A DNA stretch of 39,434 nt from a virus. Taxonomy: Duplodnaviria > Heunggongvirae > Uroviricota > Caudoviricetes. The position numbers and the translations under genes are program-made. Below, one piece after another: positions 1 to 8,714 of the stretch. Numbering within the stretch: position 1 is the stretch's first letter; every line of letters starts with the position of its first letter. The notes under the pieces are model-generated. The model was not told where the DNA came from. It was given only the letters and a program-made list of their open reading frames with translations, and did not search any database. Where the stretch lies: IMG/VR virus record IMGVR_UViG_2541047689_000010. One strand, written 5' to 3'.

Positions 1-516
1 ATGAAATTTAAAAAATGTCTTCTGCCTGTGGCAATGTTAGCGTCATTCACTCTGGCAGGATGCCAGTCAAATGCTGATGATCATGCCGCCGATGTTTATC
101 AAACCGATCAACTGAATACCAAACAAGAAACTAAAACCGTTAATATTATTTCCATTCTTCCCGCAAAAGTTGCCGTAGACAACGCCCAAAATAAACGGAA
201 CGCACAAGCCTTCGGCGCGCTTATTGGCGCTGTCGCTGGCGGTGTTATCGGCCACAACGTCGGGTCTGGCAGCAATTCCGGAACGACGGCAGGTGCAGTT
301 GGCGGCGGAGCTGTAGGCGCGGCAGCGGGTTCTATGGTGAATGATAAAACCTTAGTGGAAGGTGTTTCTTTAACATATAAGGAAGGCACCAAAGTGTATA
401 CCTCCACCCAAGTGGGTAAAGAGTGCCAGTTTACGACAGGTTTAGCCGTTGTTATTACCACGACGTATAACGAAACGCGTATTCAGCCAAATACCAAATG
501 TCCTGAAAAGAGCTAA
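1..516 (+). CDS. Putative exported lipoprotein with Gly/Ala-rich (glycine-zipper-like) segment; host flank or phage moron
   Basis: ATG at position 1; N-terminal signal peptide ending in lipobox LAGC; Gly/Ala-rich stretch GALIGAVAGGVIGHNVG...AVGGGAVGAAAG typical of small outer-membrane lipoproteins. Family assignment is by composition only. Confidence 0.55.
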   Translation: MKFKKCLLPVAMLASFTLAGCQSNADDHAADVYQTDQLNTKQETKTVNIISILPAKVAVDNAQNKRNAQAFGALIGAVAGGVIGHNVGSGSNSGTTAGAVGGGAVGAAAGSMVNDKTLVEGVSLTYKEGTKVYTSTQVGKECQFTTGLAVVITTTYNETRIQPNTKCPEKS

Positions 517-531
517 TAATCAGGAGGAGTC

Positions 532-1071
532 ATGAAGAAAGTTTTTCTTTGCGCCATCTTAGCCTCCTTAAGCTATCCGGCTATCGCCTCATCATTGCAG
601 GATCAACTCTCGGCTGTCGCAGAAGCGGAACAGCAAGGTAAAAATGAAGAGCAAAGGCAGCATGACGAATGGGTCGCGGAGCGCAACAGGGAAATCCAGC
701 AAGAGAAGCAACGTCGCGCAAACGCCCAGGCCGCGGCTAATAAAAGAGCGGCAACGGCAGCAGCGAATAAGAAAGCTCGTCAGGATAAACTGGACGCCGA
801 AGCCACTGCGGACAAAAAACGCGATCAAAGTTATGAAGATGAGCTACGTAGCTTAGAGATTCAGAAACAAAAACTGGCGCTGGCGAAAGAAGAAGCCCGC
901 GTTAAGCGCGAAAACGAATTTATCGATCAGGAACTGAAGCACAAAGCTGCGCAAACCGATGTGGTGCAATCTGAAGCTGACGCAAACAGAAATATGACTG
1001 AAGGCGGTCGCGATCTGATGAAAAGCGTGGGTAAAGCAGAAGAGAATAAATCAGATAGCTGGTTTAACTAA
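532..1071 (+). CDS. Exported charged coiled-coil-like protein of unknown function
   Basis: SD AGGAGGAG 5 nt upstream of ATG; signal-peptide-like N-terminus MKKVFLCAILASLSYPAIA; remainder highly K/E/A/Q/R-rich. Confidence 0.5.
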   Translation: MKKVFLCAILASLSYPAIASSLQDQLSAVAEAEQQGKNEEQRQHDEWVAERNREIQQEKQRRANAQAAANKRAATAAANKKARQDKLDAEATADKKRDQSYEDELRSLEIQKQKLALAKEEARVKRENEFIDQELKHKAAQTDVVQSEADANRNMTEGGRDLMKSVGKAEENKSDSWFN

Positions 1072-1110
1072 ACGATGTTAGTAACTTCAAACCTATAATT
1101 CTTTAGGATA

Positions 1111-1142
1111 AAAAACCCTCTGTAGTAACAGAGGGTTTTGTT
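1111..1142. terminator. Bidirectional intrinsic terminator
   Basis: AAAAA-CCCTCTG-tagtaa-CAGAGGG-TTTTGTT: 7-bp GC-rich stem flanked by an A-run on one side and a T-run on the other, so it is U-tailed on both strands. Confidence 0.6.
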
Positions 1143-1288
1143 CATTCATAGTGCAGGGTCAAATCATTCCCACTCAATTATTTACGGATACCATAACCAA
1201 TTGAGTGATAACATTTTTCCAAAGATGAATTTTTCTCGTACCGTTTTATATACCGTCACCGGAAATCAGTACCATGAAAAATGCCATG

Positions 1289-1771
1289 CTATCTGGTCAG
1301 GGTGTCGTACTGTTTTTCGCAGACTCTTCCGGCTTCGGCTGCCCGGTCAGCATACTCTGCCAGTTGTCTATTTCTCTCGAGAGATTTGCTGAACACGTCG
1401 GCAAGCAAAACTCCGGTGTCTGCGGCTGACGACCCAGCGCCGACAATGGCGTTATAGTGCCTGAGCTGCTCACGGATGGCAACGAGCTGTTGCTGCAACC
1501 GGCCAGCGCGAGCGGCAGCATCAAGAGCATCATTGCGCGCCTGGTCGATCCTCTGCTGAGCTTCACGTTCATTGGTCACTTTCTCCTGTTCGTAGTACTG
1601 ACGAACTTTTTCTTCTTCGGCTTTGCAGTCTTCTTTCGCCTGCGCATACCCGGCGTCGTACTGACGGCTACCGTGTACATTCCAGGCAACAACTCCTGAT
1701 ATGACCAGAACAGCAAGCACTGCCACGATAATCAACTGTTTCCAGTATGCTTTTACGAATGCCCAGATCAT
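1289..1771 (-). CDS. Rz-like inner-membrane spanin (i-spanin)
   Basis: N-terminal TM segment then charged coiled-coil region; immediately downstream of the endolysin; contains an embedded lipoprotein ORF in another frame. Confidence 0.7.
   Translation of the reverse strand: MIWAFVKAYWKQLIIVAVLAVLVISGVVAWNVHGSRQYDAGYAQAKEDCKAEEEKVRQYYEQEKVTNEREAQQRIDQARNDALDAAARAGRLQQQLVAIREQLRHYNAIVGAGSSAADTGVLLADVFSKSLERNRQLAEYADRAAEAGRVCEKQYDTLTR
1297..1572 (-). CDS. Rz1-like outer-membrane lipoprotein spanin (o-spanin), fully embedded in the Rz frame
   Basis: ORF nested within 1289-1771 in a different frame; signal peptide with lipobox LAGC followed by Pro/Ser-rich short mature region. Exact start (M1 vs internal Met) uncertain. 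Confidence 0.5.
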   Translation of the reverse strand: MNVKLSRGSTRRAMMLLMLPLALAGCSNSSLPSVSSSGTITPLSALGRQPQTPEFCLPTCSANLSREIDNWQSMLTGQPKPEESAKNSTTP

Positions 1772-2397
1772 ACCGCCAGCACCTTACTGGCAGTGACGTA
1801 CCGCGCGCGCCGGTCGTCGATGCCATTCCTGCCACCATTGATAATCAGAGTTACACGTGCAATATCGCCGGTATACTTCATGCAACCTTTGCTGGAGAAG
1901 AACCACGCCGCGCTACGAGCCGCGTATTCGTCCTGCGCCAACAGTTCAGGATTCTCCAGCAGGTCCACTTTCAGGCCGTTTCCGCAATCACGATAGTTAT
2001 TCAAACCGGTAATCTGGATAAGTCCGCGGCCACGGTAATTCCAGCCATCGCCGGGGGCATTGTTCCCCATGCGTTTGCTGTACACCAGATTGGCAATCGC
2101 TCGCTGGCGCTCGAGTGGCAATGGTGGTTCACCAGCATGGCGACCCAGTGCATTAGCCTGCCCCTGAGTGAGACGCCCAGCCCGAACGAAGTTAGCCAGT
2201 CCGCTGACACTGTAGTTGAAATTCTCCTGCAACCTGGTGAAGCCCCCAGACTCATGCCCGACTTGAGCAATAAACATTGCCTGATCTTCTGCTTTGCTGA
2301 TACCAAACTCTTTCATCGCAGAAGTTATATGCGAGAACCAGCGTGCGGCCAGCGCCTCGCTAATACCAGCAGCTCGCTGGAATTGTTTAATCTCCAT
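1768..2397 (-). CDS. Endolysin, glycoside hydrolase family 19 (chitinase-like lysozyme)
   Basis: Start taken at internal ATG (MEIKQF...) rather than the longer track ORF; contains GHESGGF and the GH19 signature [12 protein letters not shown]; sits between holin-like genes and Rz. Confidence 0.8.
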   Translation of the reverse strand: MEIKQFQRAAGISEALAARWFSHITSAMKEFGISKAEDQAMFIAQVGHESGGFTRLQENFNYSVSGLANFVRAGRLTQGQANALGRHAGEPPLPLERQRAIANLVYSKRMGNNAPGDGWNYRGRGLIQITGLNNYRDCGNGLKVDLLENPELLAQDEYAARSAAWFFSSKGCMKYTGDIARVTLIINGGRNGIDDRRARYVTASKVLAV

Positions 2398-2695
2398 GTT
2401 TAGACCTCGATATTTTGAAAATCTGAACAACGTTACCGCGTGTTTTAATAACCGCGGCAAGCATGACAGCGTTGATAATGACCTCAGATAAATCCACAGC
2501 CATTGGCGTGCGTAACCAGATTGAATAGACGACACGAACAGGAATACTGGCCGCAGCAACAATAAGGAAATAAGCAAGCCACCCTCCCCATCTTCGATGT
2601 TGAGAGCCGTTACGCCGGAATGTGACAACGCGAATTGCTATGCCAGTACAAATAACTGCATTGGTGATAAGCAAAAAAAACTCATGCGTTACCAT
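2387..2695 (-). CDS. Holin/antiholin-like small membrane protein
   Basis: 102 aa with about three hydrophobic helices; overlaps the endolysin start and the upstream membrane-protein stop (translational coupling). Confidence 0.5.
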   Translation of the reverse strand: MVTHEFFLLITNAVICTGIAIRVVTFRRNGSQHRRWGGWLAYFLIVAAASIPVRVVYSIWLRTPMAVDLSEVIINAVMLAAVIKTRGNVVQIFKISRSKHGD

Positions 2696-3086
2696 CGTCT
2701 TTTCTCCCCGGAATTAAATCGCGTGGATTGTCTGAACGGTGGTAGAGCCATATACCAATACGCACAGCGACAATTGCTGACACGAATGCGCCAGCAGAGA
2801 AAACAATCCCTTTTTCAAAAGAGTCCTGCGTGATGGTAGGGATCAGGCTGGCTATGCCGATAAGAATTGATGCTGCTGGTTTGTAGAAAAGAAGTCCACA
2901 GAGAAAGCTAAGCATCGATAAGAGTACGCGACGATGAATTGGGTACTCTACCGCAGAGGTAACAAAAATTACCGCACCAGCAAGAGCACCGAGCGCCACC
3001 TCTGGCGGAACGCCTACGATAACTGCAGCAAGAGAGCTCACACTAAGCCATTGATTTAAAGAATCAGTAGTTAGATGGGCTGACAT
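2682..3086 (-). CDS. Holin-like membrane protein (about 4 predicted TM helices)
   Basis: Start taken at ATG (MSAHLTTDSL...), 9 nt inside the track ORF; several hydrophobic helices; first gene of the lysis cassette. Confidence 0.5.
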   Translation of the reverse strand: MSAHLTTDSLNQWLSVSSLAAVIVGVPPEVALGALAGAVIFVTSAVEYPIHRRVLLSMLSFLCGLLFYKPAASILIGIASLIPTITQDSFEKGIVFSAGAFVSAIVAVRIGIWLYHRSDNPRDLIPGRKDDGNA

Positions 3087-3315
3087 AATGAACACCGTTT
3101 ATTACGCATAACAATCTCCTTACTATTGAAGATTCACACATAATAAACCATTTAAGGATAATAGTTACCTCAAAACGCTGTATTTCTACCTTCTACGGCA
3201 ATGAAAATTTCGTTCAGAAAATGGTCTAGTGTACCTCTCAGTCACAATTAAAGAAGAAAGAAGCCGAACTTACTTCGTAATAAGCAAGCCGGCTACTAAG
3301 ATTAATCCTCAATAT

Positions 3316-6072
3316 TTAGCTACTTTCAAGCATTGCAAGACGTGATTCTATTTTTTCGATTCTTCTACGCAAATAAGCTGACTCAAGCCATAAACACTGG
3401 TCAGTACGGATACCCCACCTATTTCCAGCCTTGCAAACCAGAGTTCGCTCTTCTGTTTCGTATTCTTCTTCCATCTCAATTTCGACGCCATCCACAACTT
3501 TAGTGATCATCCTTACCGCCATCACTGGCGCGTATTTATCATCCCATTCATCGTAACAGAGAAGGCCAAATCTGGTTCCATCAATCCCATGCGCGAGGAA
3601 AGTGTCTCTCACTTGTTGTGCTATAACACCAAAATGCCAGCGGGCACCATCTCCCTTTTCCCTGACGGCATCAAGCCAGCGAAAAGCTACAATCCTGATA
3701 TCTCCCCATGCATCCAGAATTGCATCACCTTCATAACCACGAGACATATACAAGCTGAGCTCACTTGTACTAATCGGTTCACTTTTTTCTCTACCATCTG
3801 ATGTGTTTATCGAACCGTTCGCAGAATAAACCTGTGCCCATCTAAATGATGGTGCACCAAGAGATTTGCTGTTATCAATAATTGGTGAAAAATTACCTTT
3901 AATGGCAATATTTCCAGAGTCGCCGAATATATTAATAACTGCAGAGTCATCACCATGGTTTTTTACGCTTAAGTTTCTTGATGAAATATTTATATCTTTG
4001 TTATATCCACTAACATTAATCCATCTTTTACCATCAATGTGATACCCGTAAATATTTCCGTCTGATTGTTCGTCAGGTGACTCTCTAAGAACAATAGCAT
4101 CTGCTCCAGACGACCATTGTATTTTTGTATCTGTAGGCCTCCAGTTCTTTATAATGAACGAACCATCAGTAAACTCCGTTTTTATTTGTCTATTGTCTAC
4201 AAATGCGTCTCTTGGTTTAAACTCACTTGTGTTAACGCTGCTCTGAAGATCAGAAGCAAAAAATCTAAGATTTCCTGTATAACCCTGAGTCTCGGTCTGG
4301 TTATACGCAATCATAATTCCATTTTCAAACTCAGATGATGTTATTTTAACATCACGGCAATCACCAAAAATGCAATTTCCTTTATCAAATGTTGTTTGAG
4401 CTTTGAATTTATCAAACCTTAAATTACGAACAGGGAAACCATCAACCTCTAATGCAAAGGATGCAGGAAGGCCAAAGTATTCTGATGGCTTACCTGATGT
4501 ATGATCAAGAGTAGTGGCTACTGTATTCTCAAAAACAGTCCCGCTAAAATTATTACCAATTGACGGAAACCTGATTACACTTATTGTACCTTGTATTTCA
4601 GGAGAAATACCAGATAGTGTGATGTTAGCTCCATCAAATGATGCATCTGAATACGTATATACTGATTCACTGCCAGCAATTTTAAACTGTTTAACTGAAG
4701 TTATTCTCATCGACTTTTTATGTTTAAATGTCACTGAGCTTTCAGTATTACTTACAAGATCAATCTGAGGGCTATTCCTTATCGCGATCCCTGACTGGAC
4801 ATAAACGTTATTAAAGTGCGTTTTTTCAGGATTTCCCTTCATTGAAAGGCTCCCGTCATTTTCTGTCAGTAGTAGTCCTTTTACCCTCCAATAGCCGACA
4901 ATCTGTACGTTATCAATAACTGAATCACAGCTATCGTATACATGCAACCCTATATCCCAGTCATCACCCAATGAATAAGAATCAGGGTTATTGTATCCTT
5001 CAATACCATTTTTACTTACCATTATTCTCAGGTTGCGTAACTGTGATGCCCTGTTGATACTAACAGCTACGCTCATGGCTTTTGGTGTAGCAGGAGTAAC
5101 ACCTACAGAATCTTCATTTGTAAACTCAGTGAACTTACAAGATATCCCTTCAACAATTTTAACTGGTCTTTCATTAGAGATGTTAAAAAAATATTTGTTT
5201 TTTTCTCCATCACCAGTAAATACAAGATGGGTTCCTTTACTCCAACTTTTTAATAATCTTTCAGGCGCTGGTCTATATGTATCCCAATAATCAATGCCAT
5301 CACCAATTAAAGACACTCCAGGAGGCACATCTATGTTCTTAGAAATCATCCATTTACCTGCAGGTATTCTAACGACACTTGCACCAGAATTTATCGCATT
5401 AATTAACCATTCAGACGCATCAACTTCAAAATTTAATGCAGCATATCTTTGCTCAAACGGAACAAAATCAAGAGCGTTAACGTTATCCCGCATCTTATCC
5501 TGGAACGTTCGGTATACTGCTCCAGAACCATACTGAATAAACCAACCAAAACCACCAACAACTCCGGCGATTGCAGCATCAACATAATTGCGCATTGATC
5601 GATTATTTACAGCATCCTGCTCAAGTGATGGATCTGCAAGGTTAGAAATTTTGTTTTGCTTTGCATCGTAATATTTTGCAAGCAAAGATGGTTTCATCAA
5701 TGCACGTCTGAACCATCCAAAACATTGCTGGATCAGCATCGTCAGATAGTCAAAGGCATCTTCATGCACCTCGGGGAAAAATTTTCCCTGATTACGAAGA
5801 TCAGTCTCCTGCACCACATCAAGCACACGATCTATCGTAATTCGCCATCCAGCAGCAAGCGGCGACGGAAGAACAACAGAACCGCCACTATAAGTGCCCG
5901 CCCCTGTTACCGTATAACCGGTATCCAGAACCAATTCTGTTACGTTCCCGTTCAGGTCAGACACCTGAACAACCAGGTCGGATTTTTTGAAAATACGGAA
6001 GGTATACGGAAATGATGTCGTAGCTCCGTTACCTGTGTATTCGTTGTGGTCAACTTCGGTTGAGACCGTCAT
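3316..6072 (-). CDS. Tailspike / tail fibre protein with C-terminal intramolecular-chaperone (peptidase S74-like) domain
   Basis: 918 aa; long central Ser/Asn/Gly-rich region consistent with a beta-helical receptor-binding domain; C-terminal ...DGREKSEPISTSELSLYMS...WHFGVIAQQV... resembles self-cleaving chaperone domains of tailspikes/endosialidases. Confidence 0.8.
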   Translation of the reverse strand: MTVSTEVDHNEYTGNGATTSFPYTFRIFKKSDLVVQVSDLNGNVTELVLDTGYTVTGAGTYSGGSVVLPSPLAAGWRITIDRVLDVVQETDLRNQGKFFPEVHEDAFDYLTMLIQQCFGWFRRALMKPSLLAKYYDAKQNKISNLADPSLEQDAVNNRSMRNYVDAAIAGVVGGFGWFIQYGSGAVYRTFQDKMRDNVNALDFVPFEQRYAALNFEVDASEWLINAINSGASVVRIPAGKWMISKNIDVPPGVSLIGDGIDYWDTYRPAPERLLKSWSKGTHLVFTGDGEKNKYFFNISNERPVKIVEGISCKFTEFTNEDSVGVTPATPKAMSVAVSINRASQLRNLRIMVSKNGIEGYNNPDSYSLGDDWDIGLHVYDSCDSVIDNVQIVGYWRVKGLLLTENDGSLSMKGNPEKTHFNNVYVQSGIAIRNSPQIDLVSNTESSVTFKHKKSMRITSVKQFKIAGSESVYTYSDASFDGANITLSGISPEIQGTISVIRFPSIGNNFSGTVFENTVATTLDHTSGKPSEYFGLPASFALEVDGFPVRNLRFDKFKAQTTFDKGNCIFGDCRDVKITSSEFENGIMIAYNQTETQGYTGNLRFFASDLQSSVNTSEFKPRDAFVDNRQIKTEFTDGSFIIKNWRPTDTKIQWSSGADAIVLRESPDEQSDGNIYGYHIDGKRWINVSGYNKDINISSRNLSVKNHGDDSAVINIFGDSGNIAIKGNFSPIIDNSKSLGAPSFRWAQVYSANGSINTSDGREKSEPISTSELSLYMSRGYEGDAILDAWGDIRIVAFRWLDAVREKGDGARWHFGVIAQQVRDTFLAHGIDGTRFGLLCYDEWDDKYAPVMAVRMITKVVDGVEIEMEEEYETEERTLVCKAGNRWGIRTDQCLWLESAYLRRRIEKIESRLAMLESS

Positions 6073-6175
6073 GTTAAATCTCCAGATAGTCGCAGCACCC
6101 GTTGCGCCGCATATCTGGTTATTCTATTACCTGAAAAACCACATATGGATAGAAAGACTGTAAATACGAATAGAT

Positions 6176-6192
6176 ATTACCTTTCAGGTAAT
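6176..6192. promoter_or_regulatory. Operator-like dyad ATTACC-N5-GGTAAT (family copy)
   Basis: Perfect inverted repeat read directly; lies just upstream of a candidate promoter for gene 6268-6525. Confidence 0.5.
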
Positions 6193-6228
6193 TTGCAAAA
6201 CGTGCTGGATAGCAAACAAATTATTTGC

Positions 6229-6248
6229 TACTGTATAAATATACAGTT
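6229..6248. promoter_or_regulatory. LexA (SOS) box
   Basis: TACTGTATAAATATACAGTT matches the E. coli LexA consensus CTGT-N8-ACAG with AT-rich spacer; ends 20 nt upstream of the ATG at 6268. Confidence 0.65.
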
Positions 6249-6267
6249 ATTGCATGGAGAAGATAAG

Positions 6268-6525
6268 ATGCAGCAGTATCACTATCCACTGGAAGACGGA
6301 TTTACCGAAAGGATTCACACGCCGGGAGGCGTCAGGTCACTGGTGGAGGGATCGCACTTGATGAAATTACTCCGGGATCTCGATAAGGATGGATTTAATG
6401 TCGATGGCCCACTTGCCGAACTGACTGCACTGATTAACTACGTCACCAGCTCACAGATGTCTATGCAGGATCTGCAAACACATCTCGACTATTGTGCCGA
6501 ACAATTACGAAAGCAAACCAGATAA
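6268..6525 (+). CDS. Small SOS-controlled protein homologous to the C-terminal domain of the adjacent Bro-N antirepressor (putative antirepressor)
   Basis: ATG with GGAG upstream, in frame with track ORF 6145-6525; about 85 aa; alignable with residues about 160-230 of the 6839-7531 product. Confidence 0.55.
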   Translation: MQQYHYPLEDGFTERIHTPGGVRSLVEGSHLMKLLRDLDKDGFNVDGPLAELTALINYVTSSQMSMQDLQTHLDYCAEQLRKQTR

Positions 6526-6555
6526 GGTTTGCAATTACCAAGTGGAGTGCTTATA

Positions 6556-6572
6556 TTTACCTTTGCGGTAAA
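6556..6572. promoter_or_regulatory. Operator-like dyad TTTACC-N5-GGTAAA embedded in a longer imperfect inverted repeat
   Basis: Read directly; flanked by GGAGTGC ... GCACTCC. Confidence 0.45.
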
Positions 6573-6838
6573 TTTACATCGCACTCCTCTTGTGCCATAG
6601 TAATCGGGCACTGGCAAAATCCAGTGCCGGGATTGGTCTCCCGGATTACTACAGAGGCACATATGCCGCATAAGCGGTTTTTTTATGTGTAAAGCGCACC
6701 TATTCTATGGTGGGCTGTGTGGGGGCACCGAAAGGTGCGCCGGGTTCCTTTGTAGCCGGTAAGACCAACTCTGCACAGTTCACCACCATCTGATTGGTCT
6801 CAGCGGTGGTGATTAACCTAACTACAAAGGTGATCGCC

Positions 6839-7531
6839 ATGAATACCAAACCTTCCATCTTTTCCTTTGAGTCATCCTGCCAGATCCGTATGTTCATGAT
6901 TGACGGAGAACCTTGGTTTGTCACCAAAGATGTGTGCAATGCTTTGAATATTGATGTTACACAAGCGAGAAAACTTGATAAAAAAGGCTGGAACAAAAAG
7001 GGGCTGTATTCAATACAGACCCCTGGTGGAATACAAGAACTATCCATCGTTTCAGAATCAGGTCTCTACATCCTTATTCTGCGTTGCAAAGAGGCAATGA
7101 CAGAGGGAACGAGAGCATTCAGATTTCTTGAATGGGTTACAGGTGAGGTTCTTCCTCAGATCCGCCGCACCGGAAGTTACATTAAAAACTCGCTCCCGCA
7201 GGAAGAACGCATAAAGATGGTTGCCGACCAGGTAGCCAACGCCACGGCGTCAGCAGTAATGCAGGCGATGAAGATAGAGAACAAAACCTACAGTGCCCCG
7301 CTGAAGCCCGGCTACCGCAGCCTGATTCACTCGCCGTCTGGTGTTCTCGGCCTGACGGAGAACTCACTGCTGATGAATCTGCTGAACCAGTTACAGGAAG
7401 ACGGGCACGACGTATCGGGCGCGGCGGCGGAGCTGACCACCATGTTCTGCTACATCGTCGGTGTGAGTAAATGCCTGCGTGATATCCAGACGCACGCGGA
7501 GTACATCAACGACAAGGCTGGGTTCTTCTGA
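6839..7531 (+). CDS. Antirepressor with N-terminal Bro-N domain
   Basis: Start at ATG (MNTKPSIF...) with SD AAGGTGA; N-terminus FESSCQIRMFMIDGEPWFVTKDVCNALNI is typical of Bro-N/phage antirepressor domains; followed by hairpin GGCACATGGATGTGCC plus T-rich tail. Confidence 0.75.
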   Translation: MNTKPSIFSFESSCQIRMFMIDGEPWFVTKDVCNALNIDVTQARKLDKKGWNKKGLYSIQTPGGIQELSIVSESGLYILILRCKEAMTEGTRAFRFLEWVTGEVLPQIRRTGSYIKNSLPQEERIKMVADQVANATASAVMQAMKIENKTYSAPLKPGYRSLIHSPSGVLGLTENSLLMNLLNQLQEDGHDVSGAAAELTTMFCYIVGVSKCLRDIQTHAEYINDKAGFF

Positions 7532-7596
7532 CGGGCGGCGGCACATGGATGTGCCTTTAAAATAATCATTGGCGATGTGATGTAGATTCGCGTAAT

Positions 7597-7613
7597 ATTA
7601 CCTTAAAGGTAAA
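7597..7613. promoter_or_regulatory. Operator-like dyad ATTACC-N5-GGTAAA overlapping a candidate -10 element
   Basis: Read directly; 25 nt upstream of the 7639 ATG. Confidence 0.5.
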
Positions 7614-7638
7614 CCATGTGTTTACATGAGGAGGAGAT

Positions 7639-7848
7639 ATGGGATTTTGGTTCGCTCGTACAAAAACGAGGGATAATGCACCCAGCCCTCAGGCAAAAAA
7701 TGCAGAAGTTCCGGCGTCAGCGCAGGTTAACAAGCGTGGTGGAGTATATATCTCATCACAGCAAATTTCTGAGCTTCCTGAGGTTAAGGAGATGCGTCGT
7801 CTCGCTGCTGCAATTGTTAAACAGGATCTTGCCACTGTAAGGAAGTAG
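7639..7848 (+). CDS. Small hydrophilic protein (69 aa), unknown function, translationally coupled to the downstream membrane protein
   Basis: SD GAGGAGGAG before ATG; stop TAG overlaps the GTG start of the next gene (TAGTG). Confidence 0.5.
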   Translation: MGFWFARTKTRDNAPSPQAKNAEVPASAQVNKRGGVYISSQQISELPEVKEMRRLAAAIVKQDLATVRK

Positions 7849-8714
7849 TGTTGCTAGCTCTTCTAATTATCCCAATCCTGGTTAGCGGTTATATTATGAT
7901 AACCGCTAACCAGTATCATTATTTCCGTTTATACCGACACGAAGGCCAGCTTCTTTATATGAAAGTAGCGGCACTAGGTACATATTGCCTTGTTGCATCA
8001 GTAATAATTGCAGCCGCTATAAAATATAAATGGCCTGATTTTCACCTAGTTCACGATATGGTGGAAACTTTTAATGTAACATCAAAACCAGAAACAGATA
8101 GAATTTACATGTGGCTGCTTCTTCTCTCAGCCACATCCATTTGCTTCTCTTTGTGTTATGTGTCTGTTGTGTGGGTGAAAGATTTTCTTCTTGGTTGTTT
8201 TTATAAACGTGATATTTACGAGCAAAAAACAGAGGCAATGAAGGCCAGAGTACTGCGAAAAACTTACTCGCAAGGTTCTTTAGACTTACTATTGCTTGAT
8301 GCTATTGAATCGGATCCTAAACGACCAATGCTGATTACTTTATCATCAAACAAAGTGTATGTTGGAATAATAAATGGTTCTGGTGAACCAACGGAAAATC
8401 AGGGTCCGCATCAGCACATATCTTTTGTTCCTTTAATGTCAGGATACAGGAACAAAGAAAACTTATCTGTCACATTCACTAATGCTTATCCAGGAGAAAT
8501 ACAGGTCAAGCGGACTGCAGCAATAAGAGGAATTAGCAGAAAGAAAGTGCCAGGACTTGAGATCATGGTGTCTATTGACGAAATAAGTTATATATCATGG
8601 TTTGATTTTGAAGTATATAAAGCAACAAATAACAAAGTAGAATCCAGGGGGCACGTTATTCGTGTTACCAAAAATGGAAGAAATATATATCAAAGAAATA
8701 GCAAAAAAGAATAG
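7848..8714 (+). CDS. Membrane protein with three N-terminal TM helices and a roughly 170-aa C-terminal soluble domain; unknown function (candidate exclusion/abortive-infection effector)
   Basis: GTG start with AAGGAAG SD; hydrophobic segments LLALLIIPILVSGYIMI, VAALGTYCLVASVIIAAAI, YMWLLLLSATSICFSLCYVSVVW; gene is visibly AT-rich compared with flanking phage genes; intrinsic terminator directly after the stop. Confidence 0.55.
   Translation: MLLALLIIPILVSGYIMITANQYHYFRLYRHEGQLLYMKVAALGTYCLVASVIIAAAIKYKWPDFHLVHDMVETFNVTSKPETDRIYMWLLLLSATSICFSLCYVSVVWVKDFLLGCFYKRDIYEQKTEAMKARVLRKTYSQGSLDLLLLDAIESDPKRPMLITLSSNKVYVGIINGSGEPTENQGPHQHISFVPLMSGYRNKENLSVTFTNAYPGEIQVKRTAAIRGISRKKVPGLEIMVSIDEISYISWFDFEVYKATNNKVESRGHVIRVTKNGRNIYQRNSKKE

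Noticed and set aside
1768-2628. Longer 286-aa version of the endolysin ORF
   Set aside because: The N-terminal 77 residues overlap the upstream membrane-protein gene and are unprotein-like; the GH19 domain starts at the internal ATG at 2397.
7616-7840. Alternative-frame ORF (74 aa) starting right after the operator dyad
   Set aside because: Arg/Leu-rich composition typical of an off-frame read; the overlapping 7639-7848 frame has a strong GAGGAGGAG SD and is translationally coupled to the next gene.
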